Below are positions 7,884 to 16,588 of a DNA stretch of 29,193 nucleotides, piece after piece. Made by a program: the position numbers and the translations under genes. The notes below the pieces were generated by a model. That model was not told the DNA's origin. It saw nothing but the letters and a program-made list of their open reading frames with translations, and did not search any database. The stretch's first letter is position 1. Each line of letters opens with the position of its first letter. Source of the stretch: a virus (lineage: Duplodnaviria; Caudoviricetes); the IMG/VR virus record IMGVR_UViG_3300032040_000218, positions 1 through 29,193 of that record, one strand, 5' to 3'.

Positions 7884-7908
7884 CCGGTGTCGTCAATGTC
7901 GGGTGTGG

Positions 7909-8229
7909 TCAGTCGGCCTTGTTCTCGATCCGATCAAGGCGGGCGTCGATCTTACTCATGAAGGCCAGGATGCTCGTGAAACGCTCATCGTCCCGCGCCT
8001 TGGATTGCTCCAACGAACGAACGCGCGTTTCGATCTGGCGGCGCTCATAGGAAGCGTCAGTCGATCCCCGCGATACCTCATCCAGCTTCGTTGTGATCCC
8101 GCCCAGCGACAGGCCGATATAGAGGCCCGCGCCGACAATCCCGCACCCCACTGTCCACGCCAGAGATTTGTTCAGAGTAATCCCCCGGTCGCTGTTTTCG
8201 ATCAGCGGTTTTGCGCCGTGATCTGTCAT
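7909..8229 (-). CDS. Single-TM, coiled-coil protein preceding the endolysin (holin/antiholin-like)
   Basis: 106 aa. TM LAWTVGCGIVGAGLYIGLSLG and coiled-coil IDARLDRIE; RBS AGGAGG. Confidence 0.65.
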   Translation of the reverse strand: MTDHGAKPLIENSDRGITLNKSLAWTVGCGIVGAGLYIGLSLGGITTKLDEVSRGSTDASYERRQIETRVRSLEQSKARDDERFTSILAFMSKIDARLDRIENKAD

Positions 8230-8247
8230 ACTCGCCTCCTTTAGTCG

Positions 8248-8868
8248 TTAAACGCTGACGGCCTCTACAATGGCGTACACACCAGCCACATCGACGGCCG
8301 CACCAATATCTTTGATGGCCCCGAGGCGGGTCGTTTCGAGCGCCGCCGCCAGCCCGGTCCAAAGATCAGCGGTGAACAGAATGACCTGAGCCACATTCTC
8401 CAACGTGTCGGCGGTGATTCCGACTTCAGCCGACAACAGGGGATAATCACCCTCGACGCTCGCGAGTATCCCGACAGCCTCACGCTCTTTGTGCATGTAA
8501 AGCATCTGCTGCCCCGGCAGCTCAGTGATGTGCTCACCGCGAGCACGGCCCACCATCCGGTTGACGTCTCGCACAGCCTTCTCTTTGACGGCTGCGAGGC
8601 TCTGGCCGGGGATGGCGTCGGGAGCCAGCAACGGCTCGATCTCGACAATCTCGGATGACATGATATCTGACGGGACAGAGTGTGCCGACAGGAAGGCATC
8701 GCGGTCCTGCTGGTTCATCCCCTGCAAGGCATTGATGATCATACCACGAGGGCGCTGACGACGACTCTTAGCCAGTGCCAGAGCCAGAGTGAGCATCTCA
8801 GCGGACAGGTTTTGATCCTGACGGTAGGCGGCTTCGAGAACGACTTCTGCGGAGTGGAAGATGCTCAT
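8248..8868 (-). CDS. Putative tail-fibre assembly-associated protein (DUF4376-like C-terminal half)
   Basis: 206 aa. ARGEHITELPGQQMLYMHKEREA...YPLLSAEVGIT...LETTRLGAIKDI resembles proteins encoded after fibre genes. RBS AAGGA. Confidence 0.55.
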   Translation of the reverse strand: MSIFHSAEVVLEAAYRQDQNLSAEMLTLALALAKSRRQRPRGMIINALQGMNQQDRDAFLSAHSVPSDIMSSEIVEIEPLLAPDAIPGQSLAAVKEKAVRDVNRMVGRARGEHITELPGQQMLYMHKEREAVGILASVEGDYPLLSAEVGITADTLENVAQVILFTADLWTGLAAALETTRLGAIKDIGAAVDVAGVYAIVEAVSV

Positions 8869-8886
8869 GGGGCGGTTCCTTTTGGT

Positions 8887-9732
8887 TTAGGCGGAAAAGT
8901 CACGGGCGATAAAAAGCAGTGCGTCTTGCGTGAAGGTTCGGGGAACGTCCGAGTAGGCTACCAGCTCCTGAATTTCACTCAGCACGGTTGTCTCGACCCG
9001 AGACAGGCGCAGGTTGGTATCGCTGGTCTGTTCGATCATCACCCGCGACAGCTTGCGGCTTGACGGCCCGGAGACGGTGATGCGGAACGAACAGAAGAAG
9101 GGCAGGGATACGCAGCAATTCGGCGCGGCCTTGTTCAGCGGGATGTCGATGACGGCCCCGTTCAGAACGACATCATCCATCTGCGTCTTCGTGATCTGCT
9201 CAACCTGGAACACCGTGAACAGAGATTGACGGCTGTCGAATGTGACGACGTTGTTTTCGTCGCGGACCTCAAGACCGTAGTTTTCTGTTCCGCTCGTTGG
9301 CACATCTGTCGAAACGATGAGGTAGTCGATAGGGGCGTCACCCTCCGTCTGACAGTACGCAAACCCACCTTCGGGAATTTCGCCCCACCCCTCGACGTAC
9401 TGCTGCACATGCGTTAGCAGCCCCGGCCCACCCATGCGATAGAAGGTCATATCAAGCGGATCCTGATCCTCTAAGCGGGGCAGAAGAACGCCCTTACCAT
9501 TCGCTGGATAACACACGCCCGCTGTCGCCGTGACTTGCCGAGCCACGAGGTCCGCAACGATGATGGGACTCGGCGTGGTATCACTAATCCCCTGCGCCAC
9601 AGCGTCAGCGTCAGCTTCGGCCCAGAACTGGCTTTGCGGGATCGTTGACCCCTCGCGCCGCACATAGAGCGTCCGTTGGTATTCGAGGATTTCCTCGCCC
9701 TGCTCGTTGAAAAACTCAATCCCGTAGGCCAT
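8887..9732 (-). CDS. Putative tail-tip receptor-binding protein
   Basis: 281 aa with a duplicated motif, MAYGIEFFNEQG and YGLEVRDENNVVTFDS, of the type found downstream of J-like fibres. Confidence 0.65.
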   Translation of the reverse strand: MAYGIEFFNEQGEEILEYQRTLYVRREGSTIPQSQFWAEADADAVAQGISDTTPSPIIVADLVARQVTATAGVCYPANGKGVLLPRLEDQDPLDMTFYRMGGPGLLTHVQQYVEGWGEIPEGGFAYCQTEGDAPIDYLIVSTDVPTSGTENYGLEVRDENNVVTFDSRQSLFTVFQVEQITKTQMDDVVLNGAVIDIPLNKAAPNCCVSLPFFCSFRITVSGPSSRKLSRVMIEQTSDTNLRLSRVETTVLSEIQELVAYSDVPRTFTQDALLFIARDFSA

Positions 9733-9738
9733 CGAATA

Positions 9739-10140
9739 TCACCTGTAATGCAAGAAAATAATGGTGTAATCAGGTCGGTCCCCCGATCCGTACCGAGGCC
9801 ATGCGCCCGGTAGTGCCGACGGGGTGATGGTCATCTCCTTGGGTCCGTTGGCCCATGCCAGCGTGGGCATGGCAGCAGGATGAACAGCGGACCTTGTTCT
9901 GGACCCGCTTGTGGTGCTCCAATCGGCAGAGTCGGCAAGCCGAACCCCGCCGTCTACGTTGAACTTCATCAGTCGATAGGAGACGTAGAACAGCCCTTTC
10001 GTGTCATCAAAAGCAGGGACGCTGATCACCCCGGAGAAGTCACCCAGAACGGGCGCAGTGTGGACGACCCGAGTGAAGGTTTCGTCGCTCTCCAGAACCA
10101 GCGATCCGTCCGCGTTGCGAAGCTCCATACCATAGCTCAT
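9739..10140 (-). CDS. Small tail-tip protein downstream of the central fibre
   Basis: 133 aa starting MSYGMELRNADGSLVL, the same YG.E...dG motif. ATGA overlap with the fibre gene. Confidence 0.7.
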   Translation of the reverse strand: MSYGMELRNADGSLVLESDETFTRVVHTAPVLGDFSGVISVPAFDDTKGLFYVSYRLMKFNVDGGVRLADSADWSTTSGSRTRSAVHPAAMPTLAWANGPKEMTITPSALPGAWPRYGSGDRPDYTIIFLHYR

Positions 10141-13100
10141 GTCAGCCGCCCCAGCCGGACCCGCACCACATTGTTGGCGTCAAAGACTGTGAGACGGTCA
10201 TCCTCGATTTCTGTGCGCTCTCCCGACACCGCGCTTTTGAAATGGCCGATGGTGGCGAACATCGTCGACAGTTCATTCGAAAACAGTTGCTCGGCGTAGA
10301 TCGAGTTCACCACGATCTTTTGCCCATCGATATATGTGATCCCTCTCGGGGCATAATCCTGCGGCTCTGTGGCGCTGGCATGGGTTTGGGCGAACATCAT
10401 GTGATAGACGAACATGTAGCTGTTGGTGCCGGAAAGCGTTCCGAATTTTCGCACGATCAGAGAGGCATATTTGGCATTGGCTGGCGCGGTTGCGAGTACC
10501 ACGGGACGTTGCCATGCACTCGGGTCTGTGGATGACCTCATGGAGTTCGCGATAGTCACGTTCGGTGCGCCAAGCGCCACGTCGTTCGCATCCAGCCACT
10601 GGATGTACATCTGGCCTTCACAACGGTGGGTGCTGACGTATGCCGAGAACTCATAAGTCAGGCCCGGCTCGATCTCTATCTGCCGCAAACTACCGTCCGC
10701 ATCTCGCCATTTAGGCCGCACGTTGGCAAAGCCCTCTGTCTCGATGCCGCTTTGAAACAAGCTCAGAACGGGCCGAACACCATCCGTCCAAGACGAGGTC
10801 GGACCGCGAGCCTCCATAATGGTGGCAGCCCCAGCAGCCCCGTTGCCGCTGAACTCGAACCCGGTCATCCCATCGGCGTAGTCTGTATTTTCCAGCAGGT
10901 TTGCGTTGCTGCCGACTGCCAGCAGATTTGCCGACACGGTGCCTTCCAGCAGGATAGTATCCGCCGCCAGCTTTGCCACTGACACAGTGCCCGCCGCCCC
11001 GTCAGCCGCGATCAGATCCAGTAGAGAAACTGAGCCGCCTGCTTGGGCTTTGATCAGATACCCGGCGCTGGCGTTGCCCTCTAGGTCCGCAATCGCAGTC
11101 CCTTGGTTCGTGATCGCCGCAGATGTACCGCCCGCGTCTACCTCAAGCTGGGTCAGTAAAACGCCGAAGGCTGTGGAGCCAGCAAGGGTCAAAGCCTTGA
11201 TCGAGGTTATTTCGCCAGTAAGCGCAGTGGCCTCCTGCTGGGCTGCCGCTGCTGCTGCCGCCGCATCTGTTGCCACCTTGTCAGTGACCACTACCCACGC
11301 GGAGCCATTCCAGCGTTTTGGTGTGTTCGCCCCGCCCGTGGTGTCGATCCACAGGTTTTTGTTGTCTTGATTGGCTCCGATAGGGTCGCTCGACTGGAAG
11401 AACACCCGACCCTTGGAACCGGCCAGATCGGACGCGGCCTGCGCTGCGTCTTGTGCTGCTGTGACAGACCCGCCCGGGCCTTCCATTTCAGCCTTCAGGT
11501 TCACGGTTGCGACCGCCGTGGCGGAATCCGCCGCAACCTTGGTGTAGTAGCCATTCAGCGCCGTGCCCTTGACCTGCCCGGTCACATTGTCGAGGTACAC
11601 CGCTTCGGCAGTTTCGATCTTTCCAGCAATGGCCGCATCTGTCGCGGCGCTGGTCAGGTAGTCTACGGTCAACCGTGCATCGGTATAGTCAGCCTTGGTT
11701 TTCCCGCTGATTTCACGCACAGCCAGCATGGAAATGTGGGCAGTGGCGTCAGTGACGCTCCCACCATTTGCGCGATAATGCACCCGGAAGCTGGTTGCGC
11801 TTGCGTGCAAAGTCATGTCAACCACACCAGCAGCCGCTACGGCGCTTGCGCCAGCCACCACAATAGTTTCGTGGAACACACCGTCGGATATTTGTTTGGG
11901 GGCCAGCAGTGACTGCGCGTTGCTGTTGAGCAGCGTCCCAGCGTCGTCCCAACTGTTCACGCCAAGGTAATGGTTGATGGGCCCCTGCGTCCCATTATTG
12001 ACAATAATACCCTTGACTTCAATCTCATAGACCCGGTCAGCGTCAATCTCGACCACGGCCTTGGGGGCAACGGTTCGGTTGGTTGGACCTAACGTCATGG
12101 CGTTCGCCAGCAGGCTGGCGTCATAAGCAATCGGCGATGTGGTTTCGGGCCCAGGTGGCAAAAGCGAACTGGATTGCTGCCAGTAGCGCGCTCCACCTTT
12201 GAAGTCGCTCGGCAACAGCCCGGTGACTTGCTCTGCCACCGCACCAAGATCGACGTCTACCTGATCAATCGTCTGGTTCAGGCCAGCGATATCGGTGTCC
12301 ACATCGTCAAACGCCGTTGCCAGATTTCCGAGGAACCCAGCAACAAGCGCGTCATGATCGACGCGCACACCATCAGCTGTGACTCCGACTGCGGCCAGAT
12401 CGACGCCAAGCTGCGTCGCCGTAGCTTGGTTGGCCGTAATCGCCTGTCCGACATCAACCCCGAGATCGTCAAGGCCGGGGCGCAGATCATGCGTCGTGAC
12501 GCTCTTCCAGATCGTCCAGTTAGTCTGACGAGGGCTGTCGGGGATGAACTTGGCCCGGACCTCGTATTCCACCGCTGGCAGAATACCAGCCGAGATATAG
12601 ACCTCGCCATCGGTGACGGTATCAGACCGCGCCGGATCAACCGCCGCGCCTGTCAGCTTGACGCGGATCTCGAACTTGACCGAACGAACGTCAAAGATGT
12701 CGCCGTTCCATGTCGCGTGAATGGCGGGGCGCTTGCCCGCTCCCGTCTCGTCGCTCAGGCTCGCGGGGGCAACGGCGAACCCTTCGACCTCTTGGACCGG
12801 GATTGGCTGTGGCAGAATGCCGGGGATCGCAGGCGGCGTGAAGTCGGTGACGGTATCCCAATCGTAGTCCGACGGGTCCACTTCAGTCAGGTCCAACATC
12901 ACGTCAGCGTTCGGAAGATCGGCCACGCCATCGACGCGGAACTGTTTGGCGATATAGCCGTTGCGCTCGCTGGTCCATGCGATCACGTCACCCGGCTCAA
13001 GCGGCCAGTATGCGGGCGGCAGGGTCAGCGTGTGGCGGCGGGCACGACGCGCTTCATTCAGCGCCGCCGCCATGATCCGCTGCGCCTGCTCGGCGTAAGG

Positions 13101-14357
13101 CACGAAATCAAGCGACACGTCCACCAGCAAGCGCCGACCGCCGTCCTCGGCCTCATAGTCGGGGCGATACAGCGGTGGTGCGGTCTCCACCTGCCACCCG
13201 GCAGCAGGCGACGGGTATTTTGCCACAACGCCATTGACGGTATCAGCCAGTCCGAGGAACGGCGTGAAGCTCTGCTCGGATGTGCTGAGAATATCCTCGT
13301 CGGTAAACGACATGACCGGGGCGCCCGGCGCGCCTGCGAACAACTTATACACCCCGCCCGCGTCAGACAGGCGACCGTTGCAGGCAGTCAGCAGGCTCTC
13401 GATGACGGTATGGATTTCTGCGCTGACAGGGATTTCAGCCGACGAACGAAATTGCGCCACTTGGATCTTACGTTCCTCGTATATCCACCATTCGGGCACT
13501 GTCTCCCACACCAGCTCGTTGCATTTCTCGATCTGCGCGATCCAGTGATCGGTGGGGATCTGCGCGGCGGTTATGTCCTGTAGCCCGTAAACCCACTCAC
13601 CCGCGTAATGGATGCCGCGCAGGACGTTATATAGCTGCACAGCCGGGTTTTCGCTGCTCTCCCATGTCGCCGGATCGGCCCAGCGATGCGTGCCGGAGCC
13701 GCCCACACTGGTATCAAGCGCGGGGTTGTAGAGCGGGATGCCCTCAACCTCGAACAGGAATGTAGGGAAGCCGTTTGGGAACAGGTCTTGATTGACCCAC
13801 GCGCGCATGACCGCATAGGCGTTGCCGGTGCCGATAGCACTGGTTTCGAAAGGGCGTTCCGGCGTGGATAGCCCAAGCAGCCACGGGTCAGCCGCTACCT
13901 GCGTCCCGTCGTGGAAGCGGGCCTCCAGGTGGTACGTCCCATCTTTGTACTGGAACCCGCCAACGTCATTGAAACCTTCACGACCCGTTGCAAGAACTAC
14001 CCGCCATTTGCCATTAACCCAGAGTCCCGTCACACCCGATACGGGCAGGTTAGAGAGCGTAATGACCCACGTCATCCAGCCGTTTGGCGTATTCCCGCCC
14101 TTGGCGGTGTTGGCATAGGTCAGCGACCCGGCGGTGGCATAGTTTCCAAGAATGAACGCCTGCGGAACATCTGCGCCACGCTGAAGCTGTCCCTTGACGC
14201 CAAAGGCGGGGCCTTTCGGATCCCCGGCCAGCTTCTGCGCCAGAAGGGAGAGGCCCATGCTGGCAACGGTCTTCAGCGCAAATGCCCCGACCGCGCTCCA
14301 TGTCAGGCCGCCAATCCACGCGGTAGCAGCGGCTATGGCCGCAGAGATAAACGCCAT
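10137..14357 (-). CDS. Central tail fibre / tip attachment protein (gpJ-like)
   Basis: 1406 aa. Hydrophobic N-terminus, LYNPALDTSVGGSGTHRW, hub region, FN3-like YEVRAKF..W..W, coiled coils, two beta-rich inserts, and C-terminal RTEIEDDRLTVFDANNVVRVRLG. Confidence 0.9.
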   Translation of the reverse strand: MAFISAAIAAATAWIGGLTWSAVGAFALKTVASMGLSLLAQKLAGDPKGPAFGVKGQLQRGADVPQAFILGNYATAGSLTYANTAKGGNTPNGWMTWVITLSNLPVSGVTGLWVNGKWRVVLATGREGFNDVGGFQYKDGTYHLEARFHDGTQVAADPWLLGLSTPERPFETSAIGTGNAYAVMRAWVNQDLFPNGFPTFLFEVEGIPLYNPALDTSVGGSGTHRWADPATWESSENPAVQLYNVLRGIHYAGEWVYGLQDITAAQIPTDHWIAQIEKCNELVWETVPEWWIYEERKIQVAQFRSSAEIPVSAEIHTVIESLLTACNGRLSDAGGVYKLFAGAPGAPVMSFTDEDILSTSEQSFTPFLGLADTVNGVVAKYPSPAAGWQVETAPPLYRPDYEAEDGGRRLLVDVSLDFVPYAEQAQRIMAAALNEARRARRHTLTLPPAYWPLEPGDVIAWTSERNGYIAKQFRVDGVADLPNADVMLDLTEVDPSDYDWDTVTDFTPPAIPGILPQPIPVQEVEGFAVAPASLSDETGAGKRPAIHATWNGDIFDVRSVKFEIRVKLTGAAVDPARSDTVTDGEVYISAGILPAVEYEVRAKFIPDSPRQTNWTIWKSVTTHDLRPGLDDLGVDVGQAITANQATATQLGVDLAAVGVTADGVRVDHDALVAGFLGNLATAFDDVDTDIAGLNQTIDQVDVDLGAVAEQVTGLLPSDFKGGARYWQQSSSLLPPGPETTSPIAYDASLLANAMTLGPTNRTVAPKAVVEIDADRVYEIEVKGIIVNNGTQGPINHYLGVNSWDDAGTLLNSNAQSLLAPKQISDGVFHETIVVAGASAVAAAGVVDMTLHASATSFRVHYRANGGSVTDATAHISMLAVREISGKTKADYTDARLTVDYLTSAATDAAIAGKIETAEAVYLDNVTGQVKGTALNGYYTKVAADSATAVATVNLKAEMEGPGGSVTAAQDAAQAASDLAGSKGRVFFQSSDPIGANQDNKNLWIDTTGGANTPKRWNGSAWVVVTDKVATDAAAAAAAAQQEATALTGEITSIKALTLAGSTAFGVLLTQLEVDAGGTSAAITNQGTAIADLEGNASAGYLIKAQAGGSVSLLDLIAADGAAGTVSVAKLAADTILLEGTVSANLLAVGSNANLLENTDYADGMTGFEFSGNGAAGAATIMEARGPTSSWTDGVRPVLSLFQSGIETEGFANVRPKWRDADGSLRQIEIEPGLTYEFSAYVSTHRCEGQMYIQWLDANDVALGAPNVTIANSMRSSTDPSAWQRPVVLATAPANAKYASLIVRKFGTLSGTNSYMFVYHMMFAQTHASATEPQDYAPRGITYIDGQKIVVNSIYAEQLFSNELSTMFATIGHFKSAVSGERTEIEDDRLTVFDANNVVRVRLGRLT

Positions 14358-14791
14358 TAGAAACGCCTCATGTAATTGATTTCGTCCGGCTCAAACCCGC
14401 AGCGGGCGTAGAGCCTATCCAGTGGCCGCCCCGGCAGTGCCGTCATGCTGGCCCGAATGCAGCCCATGCCCCGCGCCCATTCGACGTAAGCCCGCAGTAT
14501 CCGCTGCACCGCCATGCCGCCCCGGTGCGCCGGGTCAATCCACATGCCCAATTCGGAGGCCGCTGCGACCGGCGACCACGGTGAGCGGCTGGCGACCGCA
14601 CAAAATACGCCAACCGCCTCACCGTCTTTATCCAGCACCAGAACAAGGTGTGACGGGCTGGCCAGCATGTTGCGAAAAGAGCCGTCCAGATACGCGGGAT
14701 CGACCGGGGCGTCGGGTTGCGCCAGCGTGACAAACTGCGCAGACATCGCCACCATTGCGGGGATGTCCTTGGCTTCAGCTGGGCGGATCAT
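14357..14791 (-). CDS. GNAT-family acetyltransferase
   Basis: 144 aa. N-terminal IRPAEAKDIP, acetyl-CoA-binding-like WIDPAHRGG and LYARCGF. ATGA overlap upstream and TAATG overlap with the fibre gene. Confidence 0.88.
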   Translation of the reverse strand: MIRPAEAKDIPAMVAMSAQFVTLAQPDAPVDPAYLDGSFRNMLASPSHLVLVLDKDGEAVGVFCAVASRSPWSPVAAASELGMWIDPAHRGGMAVQRILRAYVEWARGMGCIRASMTALPGRPLDRLYARCGFEPDEINYMRRF

Positions 14792-15402
14792 GAAGCGTTA
14801 CCCCACTGCAACTCCCATGTGCCAACGCTGGCGGCATGGCGCGAGAAGGTATCCCCCGGCGCGCGATGCTGCTGATAAGCGTCTGAGCGCGTGGCGGGGT
14901 TGTAACGGCTCATCTCTTGGCTGTGCGAAACGCATGTCAACTCAATGCCGCCCTCGCCGCCCTCGGCTGGCGTATTCACCTCAGCGCCGTCCACATAGCC
15001 GACAAAGCGCGGGAATGCGGGCGCAAGCTGCACCAGCGAGGCCGGAGCGAACAGGCCGCGATATACCTCCACCCGCGCTTGCTTCAGGTCGTATTGCCGC
15101 AGCAGGTCATTGGCATTGCTGATCTGGCTCATGGCGATAGTGACCGTCTGCACCGTCAGATTGGATGTCATCGGGATTTGCGACATCTGCACCAGCCCGC
15201 CAGCGCCCTGAAAGTCGCGCGATACCGTCAGGCCAGTGCGCGGATTAATCACCTGCGCATTGACCCAGCCAAGGTCGGACCAGAAGCCGTGCTGGGAAAT
15301 AGCGCCGGTGTCGCGGTTGCGCGGCTCGATCCACAGGAAATCGCGAATCGTCACGTTGCGGGATTGCAGCGCGGTCAGCGCGCCGGTTGGAAGCTGTCTC
15401 AT
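14788..15402 (-). CDS. Tail-tip hub protein (DUF2163 / gpL-like position)
   Basis: 204 aa. GFWSD, FQGAGGL, RFVGYVD and RSDAYQQHRAPGDTF; lies after the distal tail gene. Confidence 0.75.
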   Translation of the reverse strand: MRQLPTGALTALQSRNVTIRDFLWIEPRNRDTGAISQHGFWSDLGWVNAQVINPRTGLTVSRDFQGAGGLVQMSQIPMTSNLTVQTVTIAMSQISNANDLLRQYDLKQARVEVYRGLFAPASLVQLAPAFPRFVGYVDGAEVNTPAEGGEGGIELTCVSHSQEMSRYNPATRSDAYQQHRAPGDTFSRHAASVGTWELQWGNAS

Positions 15403-15899
15403 TCGATCATCCGGCGCCGCTTGAGGTGAAGGATATCCTCGGCCAGTTGCGCGCGCCGCTCACTGTCGGCCCGCTCGATCCTGCATCCGTTGGCCTTGCA
15501 GTCGTCGTCAGTGCAGCCGCACCATATCCGAGATGTGAGGGGCATGATCGCTTCCGGTACCGCCTCGCCCGTCAGGACAGTGGTTACAGAAGCTAATGCC
15601 TCGTTGATTGATGCCACAACACTATCGTCCGGCATCGCGGAGTCGAAGGGAGCAGAAAACAGGTCGGAGTGATCCGCCTTAGAAAGCATTTCGCATTGAA
15701 GTGTGCTGATTTCTTGCGACAGCGCGTCGATCATCTCGCGCAGTTCCACGTTGACTGCCTGCTGTCGCGCGACGGTGACGCTCAGTGCAGGGACACCTTC
15801 GTCATAGTCAATATAGCACCAGCCATCCCCCGCATGGATACTGTATCCGGGGCTGCCTACGATCACTCGTGTGGGGGTGCTGAACGGTTCGACTTTCAT
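15399..15899 (-). CDS. Hypothetical inserted protein with coiled coil and C-terminal Cys cluster
   Basis: 166 aa with RBS AGGAGGT and CGCTDDDCKANGC. It interrupts the distal tail-hub gene adjacency. Confidence 0.65.
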   Translation of the reverse strand: MKVEPFSTPTRVIVGSPGYSIHAGDGWCYIDYDEGVPALSVTVARQQAVNVELREMIDALSQEISTLQCEMLSKADHSDLFSAPFDSAMPDDSVVASINEALASVTTVLTGEAVPEAIMPLTSRIWCGCTDDDCKANGCRIERADSERRAQLAEDILHLKRRRMIE

Positions 15900-15918
15900 A
15901 GTTTCTACCTCCTATTGC

Positions 15919-15935
15919 CCCGGCACTGCGCCGGG
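15919..15935. other. Intergenic hairpin
   Basis: CCCGGC-ACTGC-GCCGGG, followed by CTTTT on +, between the distal tail gene and the inserted ORF. Confidence 0.5.
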
Positions 15936-15952
15936 CTTTTCCATGTGCGTGC

Positions 15953-16588
15953 TTACACAATCACCTGCGTTGCTGTCCAAGAGATGGAATCCAGAAGCCC
16001 GCCGGACGGCTCACGCTGGACGCTGCCGGGATCGACCATGAACCGCGCGGGGGCATAGCGCAGCGTGACGGGGTTGCCGACAAGGATGGCCGGGCGCAGG
16101 CCGGGGCGCACCTCGAACCACGGCGACAAGCCCGTGCCCGCTGTGGTGACCGTCTCCACGGCTCGCAGCAGATGCAGATTGGTCCCATCATCGATCGACA
16201 GCCAATCGCCCTTGGTCAGCACAAACGCCGCCGGAAGCCCCGTCAACCGCAACGCCAGCCGATCAGCGCGGATGCTGTAAATCGTCACGCCGGTCAGCGG
16301 TGACACCTTGTCAGACGCCGGGAATGGCCGCGCTGGATCATAGCCCTCGAATAACTGCCCGCCGTTTTCCAGCGTCAGCAGATCGGCCTCGACCTCGCCT
16401 GCCCGGTCGCGAAGCATGGGGGCCGTGAGATAGGACGCCTGCCACAAGAGCGGCCCGAGGTTCTTGATCAGCGTGACGCCGCCCGCCGTGCGGCTCATCT
16501 CCTGCCGCCATAGTGGCTTGATGCGGGGCGTGGATGCCGGGAATTCCAGCCCGGTCAGAATGTCGGTGCGGGGGAAACTCAGGCTCAT
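15953..16588 (-). CDS. Distal tail protein (Dit-like)
   Basis: 211 aa directly after the tape measure (ATGA overlap). SRTAGG, FEGYDPARPFP and FEVRPGLR motifs. Confidence 0.78.
   Translation of the reverse strand: MSLSFPRTDILTGLEFPASTPRIKPLWRQEMSRTAGGVTLIKNLGPLLWQASYLTAPMLRDRAGEVEADLLTLENGGQLFEGYDPARPFPASDKVSPLTGVTIYSIRADRLALRLTGLPAAFVLTKGDWLSIDDGTNLHLLRAVETVTTAGTGLSPWFEVRPGLRPAILVGNPVTLRYAPARFMVDPGSVQREPSGGLLDSISWTATQVIV

Noticed and set aside
12174-13583. 469-aa plus-strand ORF
   Set aside because: Antisense shadow of the central fibre gene.
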